The notes: a model not told the origin generated them from the sequence alone. A DNA stretch of 64,000 nt from an uncultured Spirochaetota bacterium (GCA_963845535.1 CAWJSK010000004.1:128001-192000); one strand, 5' to 3'; counted from the stretch's first letter, positions 9,212 to 19,296 are shown. Numbers and translations: made by a program.

Positions 9212-10770
9212 TACCTTACCTCACTTGTCGCGGCACGCGCCTGGATTCCCGTCGCCATTGCCATCAGTTTTTCCTGCGTCGCCTCGGTTGCCGCGACAAT
9301 GCCGGCGCATTCTCCCTCATGCATGACGAGGACGCGGTCACTCATGCCGAGGATCTCTGGCAGCTCGGAGGAAACGAGGATGATCGCCACCCCTTCCTCT
9401 GCAAGCTTGTTCATGAGCTTATAGATCTCGTATTTCGCTCCGACGTCGATCCCTCGTGTGGGCTCGTCCAGGATGAGGACCTTCGGCTCCGACATCAGCC
9501 ATTTCGCGATCACGACTTTCTGCTGGTTGCCGCCGCTCAGGCTGTTGACGAGCGCCTGGAGCGTCGGTGTCTTGATTGCAAGGTAGCTCGCCATGGATTG
9601 GCACGCCTTGAGCTCGGCGTTCCTGTTGATGGCGAGAAAGTTGGAGAAGCGCTCCAGGTTCGGAAGGGACATGTTCTTGATGATGGACTGGTCGATGACG
9701 AGCCCCATACGTTTGCGGTCCTCGGGGACAAGGCTGATCCCGTTGTTCATGGCGGCGCGGGCTGAGTCGATGTCTACGGGAACGCCGTTGAAGAGCACCT
9801 CTCCGGTGCGGTTCTGGCCGTATTCGCCGAAAATCGTCGTGACCAGCTCGCTGCGGCCTGACCCCATGAGGCCGGCAATACCGAGGATCTCCCCTTTGCG
9901 CAGGGAGAAGGAAACCCCCTTTACGGCCTTCTTCCCCGTCTGATACGGACTGTCCACGGAGAGGTTTCGGACCTCGAGGATGACCTCCCCCGGAGATCGC
10001 GTGCCGGTGGGAAACCGTTCCTTCATCTCGCGGCCAACCATCATCGAGATGACTTTTTCGTAATTTGCGTCTTTTGTGGGCATCGTTCCCACGATTCCGC
10101 CGTCCCGAAGGACGGTGATGTTGTCAGTGATGCGGAAGAACTCCTCCACCTTGTGCGAGATGTAGAGGCATGTGACGCCTCTTTCCTTGAGGTTGAGCAG
10201 GATGCCCATGAGGATCTCCACCTCGGCTTCCGTGAGGGCGGAGGTTGGCTCGTCGAGGATCAGCACCTGCGCGTTCTCCGAAAGAGCCTTCGCGATTTCC
10301 ACGATCTGCTGCTGGCCCACGCCGAGATTGGACACGACGGCGCTCGGGTTGATGCGGAGGTGGTATTCGTCCAGAACCTTCTGCGTCTTGTGGTAGAGCT
10401 TGTTCCAATTGATGAGGCCGCTCGCCCCCGGCTCGCGGCCGAGGTGTATGTTCTCCCCCACGGTCATGCGGGGAATCAGAGCGAGCTCCTGGTACACGAT
10501 GGCAATGCCTTTTGCGATGGCCTGGCGTATTGAATCCCGCTCGAAGCGCAGCTCCTCGCCGTTGTACACGATGCGCCCCTCGTAGGAGTCGAAGGGGTAG
10601 ACGCCGGCAAGGATCTTCATCAGCGTGGATTTCCCCGCGCCGTTTTCACCGCAGATCCCGTGGATGGTGCCACGCTTCACCGAAAAGGAGACGTCGCTCA
10701 GGGCAACCACGCCGGGGAACTCTTTGGTGACATGCTGAATGTCAAGGATGAGGTCGTTCGTCTCGTTCAT
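9211..10770 (-). CDS. xylG: Monosaccharide ABC ATP-binding protein with two NBDs, XylG-like
   Basis: GENGAGKST, ILDEPTSAL, LSGGNQQKV, DEPTRGIDVGAK. Confidence 0.85.
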   Translation of the reverse strand: MNETNDLILDIQHVTKEFPGVVALSDVSFSVKRGTIHGICGENGAGKSTLMKILAGVYPFDSYEGRIVYNGEELRFERDSIRQAIAKGIAIVYQELALIPRMTVGENIHLGREPGASGLINWNKLYHKTQKVLDEYHLRINPSAVVSNLGVGQQQIVEIAKALSENAQVLILDEPTSALTEAEVEILMGILLNLKERGVTCLYISHKVEEFFRITDNITVLRDGGIVGTMPTKDANYEKVISMMVGREMKERFPTGTRSPGEVILEVRNLSVDSPYQTGKKAVKGVSFSLRKGEILGIAGLMGSGRSELVTTIFGEYGQNRTGEVLFNGVPVDIDSARAAMNNGISLVPEDRKRMGLVIDQSIIKNMSLPNLERFSNFLAINRNAELKACQSMASYLAIKTPTLQALVNSLSGGNQQKVVIAKWLMSEPKVLILDEPTRGIDVGAKYEIYKLMNKLAEEGVAIILVSSELPEILGMSDRVLVMHEGECAGIVAATEATQEKLMAMATGIQARAATSEVR

Positions 10771-10810
10771 GTTGGCCGTATCCCTCGATCAGGCAAAAGA
10801 TGCACAAGGC

Positions 10811-10835
10811 GAGCGCGGCGGCAGCCGCCGCGCTC
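10811..10835. other. Intercistronic hairpin after the binding-protein gene (mRNA stability element)
   Basis: gagcgcggcgg-cag-ccgccgcgctc, a perfect 11-bp stem. Confidence 0.6.
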
Positions 10836-10843
10836 TGTTTCAG

Positions 10844-11929
10844 TTACGGTCTCGGAGGCCTCAGAGAGTCAGGAACGTCGCGGTACACATCGTCATAGCT
10901 CTGGAAGCCGCTCTTGACGATCTGGTCGTACACGTTGGTCTTGTCCACCTGGACGACCGGGAGGAACTTGCAAGGCACCTGCCCTTTCTGGTTCTTGTCC
11001 AGCGTAAGGTCGGACAGGTTGTACATCTTCAGCCCGTCGATGGCCTGGCCCTTCGCCAGTTTGATTGCCATATCGATGGCCATAGGCGTCAGGAGGCGGA
11101 CGTCTTTGTACACGGTGACGGTCTGCTCGCCCCTCACGATCGAGTTGCAGCCAGCGGCGGTGGCATCCTGCCCGGAGATGGGCACCTTGCCGGCCAGCCC
11201 CTGGGCCTTCATTGCCTGAAGGGCGCCCAGAGCGGTCCCGTCGTTGGAGGCAACCACGGCGTCGATGTTATTGTGCTGCGCCGTGAGGACGTTCTCCATG
11301 ATCTTGGTTGCAGTGGGAGGTGACCAGTTCTCCACCCACTGGTCGGCGACGATCTTGATCTTCCCGCTGTCGATGTACGGCTTCAGGACTTCCATCTGTC
11401 CGTTGCGCACGAGGACCGCGTTGTTGTCGGTGGGGCTTCCACCGAGGAGCATGAAGTTTCCATGATCGACGACCTTGACGACCCCGCGGGCTTCGGCTCG
11501 GCCCACCTCGGTGTTGTCGAAGGAGATGTACGCGGAGATGTTCGGTGACTTGATGAGCCGGTCATAGGCAATGGTCTTCACTCCCGCTTTGGCTGCTTCG
11601 TCAACGGCCGTTGCCGCCGCCGCGCCATCTTCAGCGATGATGATGATGACGTTGACCCCCTGCAGCGCCATGTTTTCGATCTGGTCGTTTTGCAGCTTCG
11701 CGTCGTGGTTGGCGACCTGCGAAACGACCTGCACGCCCTGAGCCGCGGCGAGCTTGGTCATGAGAGCCTGCTCGACCGGCCAGCGCTCAGTCTCGAAGTC
11801 CGAGAAGGAGAGACCGATTTTGATGGCCCCGCTTTTGGCTGGGGCTTTCTGCTGCTCGCCCGTTCCATTAGCAAAGATCATGCCGCCAAGCAGCATAACG
11901 GAGAGCAGTACAAGACACGCTTTCCTCAT
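10844..11929 (-). CDS. xylF: Monosaccharide ABC substrate-binding protein, XylF-like
   Basis: ATG at 11929 after AAGGAGG; signal peptide; IGLSFSDFETERW, IAYDRLI, YISFDN, GGSPTDNNA, ASNDGTA, SGQDA. Exact sugar is not certain. Confidence 0.8.
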   Translation of the reverse strand: MRKACLVLLSVMLLGGMIFANGTGEQQKAPAKSGAIKIGLSFSDFETERWPVEQALMTKLAAAQGVQVVSQVANHDAKLQNDQIENMALQGVNVIIIIAEDGAAAATAVDEAAKAGVKTIAYDRLIKSPNISAYISFDNTEVGRAEARGVVKVVDHGNFMLLGGSPTDNNAVLVRNGQMEVLKPYIDSGKIKIVADQWVENWSPPTATKIMENVLTAQHNNIDAVVASNDGTALGALQAMKAQGLAGKVPISGQDATAAGCNSIVRGEQTVTVYKDVRLLTPMAIDMAIKLAKGQAIDGLKMYNLSDLTLDKNQKGQVPCKFLPVVQVDKTNVYDQIVKSGFQSYDDVYRDVPDSLRPPRP

Positions 11930-11968
11930 ATGGAAAACCTCCTTGGATTGAGATGCGTAGGAGAACAA

Positions 11969-11983
11969 GCAATTTGCATGCCA
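11969..11983 (-). promoter_or_regulatory. Sigma-54 (-24/-12) promoter of the sugar ABC operon
   Basis: Minus strand TGGCATG-CAAA-TTGC matches TGGCACG-N4-TTGC with correct spacing, 40 nt upstream of the xylF ATG. Confidence 0.85.
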
Positions 11984-12074
11984 AGAGCGTTGCGGAAGAC
12001 GTCTGCCGTAACTCCTTTGCTGACAACCATCTGCGCGCACGCTTTGCCCGTGATATCCGGGCGCGGATTCCACG

Positions 12075-12092
12075 TGAGTAAACTTTTACCCA
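12075..12092. promoter_or_regulatory. Putative upstream activator site for the sigma-54 activator
   Basis: Inverted repeat TGAGTAAA-CT-TTTACCCA (1 mismatch), about 90-110 bp upstream of the -24 element. Confidence 0.55.
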
Positions 12093-12186
12093 TTTCCTTT
12101 TTCTCACGCCCTACACATTTCCCTGCCCGTTTGTCTTCAAGGCCATCGGACTTTTAACCGCTTGCAGCGCAGTGTATCATGACGGC

Positions 12187-13497
12187 ATGGGTTTCACGGT
12201 TCTTATTGTGGACGATGAACGGGAGGTCTGCCTTTCCCTGGCGGAGGTCCTTCGATCGAAGGGCTACAGCACGCTCTCCGAGGAAGATCCCCGCGACGTG
12301 CTCGACCTCCTCAATCGAAAGAACGTTGACCTCATCCTCATGGACGTTCGGATGCCGGAGCTTGGAGGCATCGACCTCCTCAAGATAATCCGCAAGACCC
12401 ATCCTCTCCTTCCCGTCATCATGATCTCGGGGTTTGCCTCCGTGGAAAGCGCCGTGCGGGCAATGAAGTACGGTGCTTTGAACTTCTTCGCAAAGCCGGT
12501 GCAGCTTTCAGAGCTGCTCCAGGAAATCCGCCACCTCGAACGCTCCGTCGGCATGAAGAAGGCCTCACCGGAGGCGGAGACAATTGCCACGCGCAACCCG
12601 AAAATGCGCGAAGTCCTCAGCCTTGTGGAGAAGGCCGCACCCACAGAGGCGTCGGTCATCATCCTCGGGGAGAGCGGCACGGGAAAGGAGCTCGTCGCGG
12701 ACCTGCTCCATCATGCAAGCAAGCGGAGGCACAACGCCTATATCAAGGTCAATTGCGCGGCCATTCCCGACAACCTGCTGGAAAGCGAGATGTTCGGCCA
12801 TGAGAAAGGGGCATTCACGGACGCGCAGAGCCAGCAGAAAGGGAAGATCGAGCTTGCGGACGGCGGCACCATCTTTTTCGATGAGATCGGAGACATGAGC
12901 CTGCAGACGCAAGCCAAGATGCTCCGCGTGCTGCAGGAAAAACATTTCACACGGCTCGGCGGATCGGTGCCCATCCGGGCGGACTTCCGGGTGATTGCCG
13001 CCACGAACAAGAACATCGAAGGAATGATCGCCCAGGGCGCCTTCCGGGAGGACCTCTACTATCGGCTCTCGGTCATCACGCTGAAGCTCGCTCCCCTCCG
13101 CGAGCGCGGGGAGGACATCATCCCGCTGGCCATGCATTTCGTGGGAGAGTTCAACCAGGTCTACGGGAAGAACGTGAGAGGGATCTCGGAGAGCGTGACG
13201 GAGACGCTTGCGGAGCATAGCTGGCCAGGCAACGTCCGCGAGCTGTCGAACATCATCGAGCGCGCCGTGATATTCTGCGAGACCGACCTGATCGAGGCGC
13301 GGGATCTGCCCGAGCAGTACCGGATCGTGGACCGCAAAGGCTTCGACGCCATCCGGGAGTTCTCCGCGGAGAAATCCCGCGCCGTCATCCGCGAGGCGCT
13401 GCGTCAAACCAACGGCATCAAGGGAGAGGCGGCCCGATTGCTGCAGATCACCCGAAAGACGCTGTACAACAGAATGAAGCGGCTGAACCTGGAATGA
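12187..13497 (+). CDS. NtrC/AtoC-family sigma-54-dependent response regulator
   Basis: REC domain (VLIVDDE, LMDVRMP); AAA domain (GESGTGKE, GAFTDA variant, FFDEIG, WPGNVREL); Fis-type HTH (AARLLQITRKTLY). Confidence 0.95.
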   Translation: MGFTVLIVDDEREVCLSLAEVLRSKGYSTLSEEDPRDVLDLLNRKNVDLILMDVRMPELGGIDLLKIIRKTHPLLPVIMISGFASVESAVRAMKYGALNFFAKPVQLSELLQEIRHLERSVGMKKASPEAETIATRNPKMREVLSLVEKAAPTEASVIILGESGTGKELVADLLHHASKRRHNAYIKVNCAAIPDNLLESEMFGHEKGAFTDAQSQQKGKIELADGGTIFFDEIGDMSLQTQAKMLRVLQEKHFTRLGGSVPIRADFRVIAATNKNIEGMIAQGAFREDLYYRLSVITLKLAPLRERGEDIIPLAMHFVGEFNQVYGKNVRGISESVTETLAEHSWPGNVRELSNIIERAVIFCETDLIEARDLPEQYRIVDRKGFDAIREFSAEKSRAVIREALRQTNGIKGEAARLLQITRKTLYNRMKRLNLE

Positions 13498-15392
13498 GCG
13501 CGGAACCTGCACTGTTCCGGGAAGAGGAAGCTTTGACCAACGGGGCGCCGCGCCGGCGCCTCCTCATGATGCGGGGCATCCACGTGCAGTACGGCGGCGT
13601 GCCGGCCTTGAAAGGCGTGGACTTCGACCTCTACGAGGGTGAAATCCACGCGCTCGTGGGGGAGCACAGGGCCGGCAAATCCTCCCTGGTCAAGCTCATG
13701 AGCGGCGCTGTCCAGAAGAACCAGGGAGAGATCATCTACAAAGGCGCGGAAGTGAAGTCCTTCACCCCGGAAAGCGCCATCCGGGCCGGCATCGGCATGG
13801 TGTATCAGAACCTCACCGTGCTGCCGAGCCTCAACGCCATCGAGAACATCTTTGCCGGCCGCATGATCCAGGGCCGGTTCACGGGCCTTGATCGGCGCCG
13901 CATGTTCCTTCTGGGCAGGGAGCTTTTCCAGAGAATGAACATCGAGCTGGACCTCGATCTGCCGCTCTACCGGCTCTCCCAGGCGCAACAGCTCATGGTG
14001 GAGTTCGCCCGGATGCTCTTCCTGGATCCGCAGCTCATGATCCTGGATGAGCTTTCCGGCAAGCTCACCCCCGAAGAGATGGGGACGATCTACGACATCA
14101 TCTTCGACTTCCGCAGGCGGGGGAAGAGCATCATCTACATCACGCACAACATGGAGGAGACGCTCAAGGTCGCAGACCGCGTGACCATCCTCAAGGACGG
14201 CTACCGAAGGGGAACGGAGCGCGTAGCGGACCTGGACCGCTTCCGCCTCTACGAGCTCACCTATTCCTTCGCGCTCGGCAAGAAGGGGATCCAGGCCAAC
14301 AACATGCAGTTCTACCTGCTGAAGCGCTACAGCGAGATCTTCGTGCGTCATCTCCCCATCGGCATCGTCATCCTCGACGCGGATGACGTCGTCCAGCTCG
14401 CCAACTTCGCGGGGATCGAGATCATGCAGCTGGGGCCCGAGCAGCTTGCATCGCATTCCCTCGAGTCGCTGCTCGCTGAAACGCATTTCCCCAACGCCGA
14501 GGAGATCTCCCGGAAAGTCAGAGCGCGGGAAGAATACGTCTGGGAGGAGGTCCGCGTCGCCAATGACAAGCAGGTCCGCGTGGACGTCTTTCCGCTTCGG
14601 GACGACGAGAGTGACTTCATTGGCACCGCGCTCCTGGTCCATGACATATCGATCGACCGGTACATGAAGGATTACATCATCAGGGCGGAGAAGATGGCCA
14701 CCGTGGCGGAGGTGGCAGCGGGGGTTGCCCATGAGATCAACAACCCGCTCTTCATCATCCGCAACTACGTCGAGCTTCTCAAAGACAAGGAGCTCGACCC
14801 CGACGGGAAAGAAAAGCTGCGGAAGATCGAAAAGGAGCTGGGGCGGATAGTGGACATCACGGGAAGCCTCCTCTCATTCTCCCAGGTCAAGGAGCTTCCG
14901 GAGAGCTGCACCGACCTGGTGGAGGTGATCGAAGAGGCCATCCTCCTCCTGCAGCACAACCTTTCCAAGAAGAACGTCCACCTGGACAAGGAGCTGTGCG
15001 CCGGGCGCGTGGAGATAGTCGGAGATGAGAACCGGCTCAAGCAGCTTTTCCTGAACCTGCTCATCAACAGCATCGACGCGGTGCTGGACGGCGGCACGGT
15101 CCGAGTCAGGCTCCTTGCCAACACGGAAGACCGGTTCGCCGAGGTGACGGTAGCGGACAACGGCTACGGCATCCCCGCGGACATCCAGGGCAAAATCTTC
15201 AACCCTTTCTTCAGCACGAAGATGAACAAGAAAAACGCCGGCTTGGGCCTCTCCATCTGCCAGCACATCGCCGAGGCGCATGACGGGATCATCACCTTTA
15301 CGAGCGCCCCCGGCGAGCTCACTGAGTTCAAGGTGAAGCTGCCAATGCGGCAGGAGTCGGCCAACCGTGCCCGCTCCAAGTGTCAGGTGTAG
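13494..15392 (+). CDS. Fusion protein: sugar-ABC ATPase domain, PAS-like domain and histidine kinase
   Basis: Single ORF. NBD motifs GEHRAGKSS, MVYQN, LSQAQQ, MILDE, YITH; H-box AHEINNPL, N-box QLFLNLLINSIDA, DNGYGI, FNPFFSTK, GLGLSI; no TM segments. Confidence 0.9.
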   Translation: MSAEPALFREEEALTNGAPRRRLLMMRGIHVQYGGVPALKGVDFDLYEGEIHALVGEHRAGKSSLVKLMSGAVQKNQGEIIYKGAEVKSFTPESAIRAGIGMVYQNLTVLPSLNAIENIFAGRMIQGRFTGLDRRRMFLLGRELFQRMNIELDLDLPLYRLSQAQQLMVEFARMLFLDPQLMILDELSGKLTPEEMGTIYDIIFDFRRRGKSIIYITHNMEETLKVADRVTILKDGYRRGTERVADLDRFRLYELTYSFALGKKGIQANNMQFYLLKRYSEIFVRHLPIGIVILDADDVVQLANFAGIEIMQLGPEQLASHSLESLLAETHFPNAEEISRKVRAREEYVWEEVRVANDKQVRVDVFPLRDDESDFIGTALLVHDISIDRYMKDYIIRAEKMATVAEVAAGVAHEINNPLFIIRNYVELLKDKELDPDGKEKLRKIEKELGRIVDITGSLLSFSQVKELPESCTDLVEVIEEAILLLQHNLSKKNVHLDKELCAGRVEIVGDENRLKQLFLNLLINSIDAVLDGGTVRVRLLANTEDRFAEVTVADNGYGIPADIQGKIFNPFFSTKMNKKNAGLGLSICQHIAEAHDGIITFTSAPGELTEFKVKLPMRQESANRARSKCQV

Positions 15393-16327
15393 CGTATCCG
15401 CGGGTTCAGCAGCGCGTAGAGGATATCCGCCACGAGGTTGGAGAGGCTGAAGATGACCACAAGGAGCAGCGTGATTGCCTGCAGGAGCGGAAGGTCCCTG
15501 CGCTGGATTGCAAACAGGAGCAGCCTTCCAAGCCCGGGATAGCTGAACAAGGACTCCGTCACGATCAATCCCCCAATGAGCCACCCGATCCCGACTGCAA
15601 TCACGGTCACCGTGGGGAGAAGGGAGTTACGGAGCACGTGCGAGAAAAGAACCCGCAGCGGGTGCAGCCCTTTCAGGTACGCGCTGCGCACGTAATCCGT
15701 TCCCAGGACCTCCGCCGTGCTGGAGCGGGTCATCCGCGTTATGTACGCGAGGCTCACCAGGGAAACGGTGATGCCGGGCAGGATAAGGCGGGGAAGCGCG
15801 GCAAGGAGGCCCTGGCCAGGCCGGATATCGGAGCTTGCCGGCAGCCAGTTCAGGCCGAGAGCGAAGATCGCAATCAGGATGAGCCCCGTCACGAACTCCG
15901 GCAGCCCGATGAACGCCAGGGAAGTGATGGAGACAACCTGGTCGAAGACCTTTCCCGGCCGAAGCGCGGAGAAAAGGCCCAGAATGATGCCCAGCGGCAC
16001 GTACATGAGGAAGGCTACGAGGGCCAGCATGGCGGAGTTGCGCAGGCGCGCGGCAACAAGCGGAAAGACCGGCTCTCCGGTTGAAAGAGACAAGCCCCAG
16101 TCACCCTGCACGTAGTGCACGAGCCAGCTCCCGTACTGAAGGATCAGGGGGCGATCCAGGCCGAGCTTCGCCCTGAGATTGACGAGCGCCTGGGGCGTTG
16201 CAAATCGTCCCAGGATGGCCCGAGCGGCGTCTCCGGGCAGGATCTGCGTCACGATAAAGATCAGCGCCGAGGAAATGAGGAGCGTGAGCAGCACCAGGCC
16301 GAGCCTCCGCCCAAGGAAACGGATCAT
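15383..16327 (-). CDS. Peptide/nickel ABC permease, DppB-like
   Basis: Start MIRFLGRR at 16327; LGLDRPL, GDWGLS, DYVRSAYLKGL, ESLFSYPGLG, RDLPLLQ. Confidence 0.9.
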   Translation of the reverse strand: MIRFLGRRLGLVLLTLLISSALIFIVTQILPGDAARAILGRFATPQALVNLRAKLGLDRPLILQYGSWLVHYVQGDWGLSLSTGEPVFPLVAARLRNSAMLALVAFLMYVPLGIILGLFSALRPGKVFDQVVSITSLAFIGLPEFVTGLILIAIFALGLNWLPASSDIRPGQGLLAALPRLILPGITVSLVSLAYITRMTRSSTAEVLGTDYVRSAYLKGLHPLRVLFSHVLRNSLLPTVTVIAVGIGWLIGGLIVTESLFSYPGLGRLLLFAIQRRDLPLLQAITLLLVVIFSLSNLVADILYALLNPRIRYT

Positions 16328-18402
16328 CCCTCCTCTCCTCCCTTCTGCATCCGCGCAATCGTGTCCGCTTGAAGCCGCTTGAGCTCCTCCAGCGGCATGT
16401 GGCAGGAGATCCGGTGGGCGTTCCTTCCCTCGCGCCACGGAGGGGTTTCGGTCTCGCAGATTTTCCCGATCTTTCGAGGACACCGGGTGTGGAACCTGCA
16501 TCCCGTGGGCATTTTCGCCGCGCTGGGAACGCTCCCTTCCAGCCGCATGGGGCGCTGGCGCACCTCGGGGTCTGCAATCGGAATGGATGAAAGCAGAGCC
16601 TCGGTATAGGGATGGAACGGCGCGGCAAACACGTCTTCAGCGTCACCCCACTCCATCAGCGCCCCGAGATACATGACCGCGATCCAGTGAGAGAGATGCT
16701 GGACCGCGGCAAGGTCATGCGAGATGAAAAGGTAGGAGACGTTGTTCTTTTCCTGCAGCTCGGTGAGCAGGTTCACAAGAGAAGCTTGCACGGACACGTC
16801 CAGGGAGGAAAGCGGCTCATCAAGAAGGATGATCTGAGGTCCCGCGGCAAACGCCCGGGCAATGGCCACGCGCTGCTTCTCCCCTCCGCTCAGCTCCTCG
16901 GGCAGGCGGCGGGAGAACTCCCGGGGAAGGTTGACGGCCTCGAGGAGCACGGCCGCGCTCTTCTGCGCTTCCTTGCGCGAAAGCCCGGCGAGGAGCCGCA
17001 GCGGCCTGGCAATGGTGCGCCCGACGGTGTGCCGGGGGTTCAAAGAAGCTTCCGGGTTCTGAAAGACCATCCGCAGGCGTTTCAGGACGTTTCGCGGACG
17101 ACGCTGCACGGCCGCCTCCAGCGTCTGTCCGTTCAGAAGGAGCTCCCCGGAAGTCTTTGGCGCCAGTCCCGCTATCACGCGCAGAAGCGTGGTCTTTCCG
17201 CAACCGCTCTCTCCCACCACCCCCAGCGTGTTCCCCTTGCGGACCCAGAGAGTGACTCCGTCCACGGCCCGAACGTTCCTGCTCCCTGCGCTTCCGGCTC
17301 GGAAAAGCCGCTCCGTTGGCGGAAAGCTCTTCCGTACATCGGTCACGCGAAGCACCTCGGGCCGCGCTTCCCGGTGGGGAGGGACGGGACGTGTAGCGCG
17401 CGCATATTCCGCAGCGGTTGGCAATTCTTCCCACCGGAAGCACGCGCTGAAGTGACCGGGCCGCACCTCGCGAAGCGGCGGCGTTGATTTCCTGCACTCG
17501 TCACGAACAAACGCGCAACGGGAAGCGAAGATGCATCCTTCGGGGAGCGCATCCAGCCGGGGGATGGAGCCTGGGATGCTCGCAAGAAGCCTCTTTCCAC
17601 CTTCGGGGTCGAACCTCGGCACGCACCCCAGGAGCCCGAGCGTATAAGGGTGCAGGGGCGTGCGGTACAGGTCTCTCACTGCCGCCTGCTCGCAAAACTG
17701 CCCTGCGTACATCACCCCGACCCGGTCGCACAGCTTGGAGACCACGGCAAGGTCGTGCGTGATGTAGAGCACCGCGGAATCGAACTCCCGCGCCAGCTGC
17801 GACACCAGGTCCAGCACCACGGCCTGCGTCGTCACGTCCAGCGCCGTTGTAGGCTCATCCAGGATGAGCAGCTCGGGCCGCGTGATGAGAGCCATCGCTA
17901 TCACGCATCGCTGGAGCATGCCTCCCGAGAGCTGATGCGGATAACGCTGCATGATGGACGCGGGATCCGGCATTGCCACGCGGGCAAGCATTTCCCGGCA
18001 CTTCTCCCGCGCCTGAGTCCGCGACAACCGCAGGTGCTTGCGCGCAACTTCAGAAAGCTGCTCGCCGATTCGAATGGACGGATTGAGGGCGGCGGAAGGA
18101 TTCTGGTAGACCATGCCGATGCGGCTGCCCCAGATCCTTCGCATCTGAAAGCGGCGCTGCCCGGTGAGCTCGACGTCCCGAAGCCGGGAGGTGCCCCCCA
18201 GGACCTTGCCGTTTGCGCTGAGATAGTTGATGGCGCCCATGGCGAGGCTCGTCTTCCCGGACCCCGACTCGCCGACAACACCGAAGCATTCCCTTTCCCT
18301 GACCTCCACGGTGGCGCGCCTCACGGCAGGGAGGAGCCCCGATTCGGTCTGGTAGCCTATGGAGAGATCCGATGTCTGGAAGACCACCGCCTGATCCGCC
18401 AT
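16324..18402 (-). CDS. Peptide ABC ATP-binding protein, fused DppD-DppF
   Basis: Two NBDs (GESGSGKT, GESGCGKT), LSGG signatures, two HPYT motifs and Cys-rich C-terminal extensions. Confidence 0.9.
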   Translation of the reverse strand: MADQAVVFQTSDLSIGYQTESGLLPAVRRATVEVRERECFGVVGESGSGKTSLAMGAINYLSANGKVLGGTSRLRDVELTGQRRFQMRRIWGSRIGMVYQNPSAALNPSIRIGEQLSEVARKHLRLSRTQAREKCREMLARVAMPDPASIMQRYPHQLSGGMLQRCVIAMALITRPELLILDEPTTALDVTTQAVVLDLVSQLAREFDSAVLYITHDLAVVSKLCDRVGVMYAGQFCEQAAVRDLYRTPLHPYTLGLLGCVPRFDPEGGKRLLASIPGSIPRLDALPEGCIFASRCAFVRDECRKSTPPLREVRPGHFSACFRWEELPTAAEYARATRPVPPHREARPEVLRVTDVRKSFPPTERLFRAGSAGSRNVRAVDGVTLWVRKGNTLGVVGESGCGKTTLLRVIAGLAPKTSGELLLNGQTLEAAVQRRPRNVLKRLRMVFQNPEASLNPRHTVGRTIARPLRLLAGLSRKEAQKSAAVLLEAVNLPREFSRRLPEELSGGEKQRVAIARAFAAGPQIILLDEPLSSLDVSVQASLVNLLTELQEKNNVSYLFISHDLAAVQHLSHWIAVMYLGALMEWGDAEDVFAAPFHPYTEALLSSIPIADPEVRQRPMRLEGSVPSAAKMPTGCRFHTRCPRKIGKICETETPPWREGRNAHRISCHMPLEELKRLQADTIARMQKGGEEG

Positions 18403-19272
18403 CTACCGCGACCTCTCCCCTGGTTGGAGAACCTGACGCAGCCCGTCCGTCATGAGGTTGGTGGCTATGACGAGAATCGAGATTGCCGCGGCCGGGAAGA
18501 GCAGGATCCACGGAGCCGTGGCAAAGTAGCTTCGCGCCTCATTGATCTGGAGCCCCCAGTCAGGGGAGGGAGGCTGGACTCCCAGCCCGAGGAAGCCAAG
18601 GGAAGCCACCAGGAAAATCGAATAGGAGAACCTCACGGAGATCTCTACGAGTATCGGGCCCAGCGCGTTGGGGAGGATCTCCCGAAAAAGGATGGCGAGG
18701 TCCCGCTCACCGCGGATTCGCGCGGCCTCCACGAACTCCTTGGTGCGAAGGTCCAGCACCATGCTGCGCGCCAGCCGCGCGAGCATGGGAACGTACAGGA
18801 CGGAGATGACCAGGAGAAGATTGAGCGCGGAAGGACCCACGGTGGCGAGCAGGAGAAGAGCGAAGAGAAGCGGCGGAAAAGAAAGAAGCACGTCCAGGAC
18901 GCGCATCAACGCCTCGTCCCACAGACGCCCGTAGAAACCGGAGAAAAGCCCCATGGAGACTCCGATCACCGCGGCCAGCAGCGTCCCTGTGCCGCTCAAG
19001 AGAAATATCCCTCTGCTGCCCACGAGGATGCGGCTCAGGATGTCCCGGCCGTACTGATCGGTCCCCAGGAGATGAGCGACGCTGGGCGGCTTGAGACGGT
19101 CCGCCACGTGCTGGATCTCGAACCCGTACGGAGCCACCAGCGGGCCGAAAAGCGCCATGAGGAGAAAGAAGAGAAACACGAGCGTTCCGCCCAGCGCCGC
19201 AGGGTTGCGCCTCAAGCGACCCAGCGCGCGAGAGAGACCGCGGGGGAATGCGATGGTCCCTGGGCCGCTCAT
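18403..19272 (-). CDS. Peptide ABC permease, DppC-like
   Basis: HLLGTDQYGRDILSR, EFVEAARIRG, LGFLGLGVQPPSPDWG. Confidence 0.9.
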   Translation of the reverse strand: MSGPGTIAFPRGLSRALGRLRRNPAALGGTLVFLFFLLMALFGPLVAPYGFEIQHVADRLKPPSVAHLLGTDQYGRDILSRILVGSRGIFLLSGTGTLLAAVIGVSMGLFSGFYGRLWDEALMRVLDVLLSFPPLLFALLLLATVGPSALNLLLVISVLYVPMLARLARSMVLDLRTKEFVEAARIRGERDLAILFREILPNALGPILVEISVRFSYSIFLVASLGFLGLGVQPPSPDWGLQINEARSYFATAPWILLFPAAAISILVIATNLMTDGLRQVLQPGERSR

Positions 19273-19296
19273 TGCGCGCTGGGAATGGGCAGGCGC

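Noticed and set aside
12066..12081. parS-like sequence gattccacgtgagtaa
   Set aside because: Only the CACGTG core and left half match; it is better explained by overlap with the activator site.
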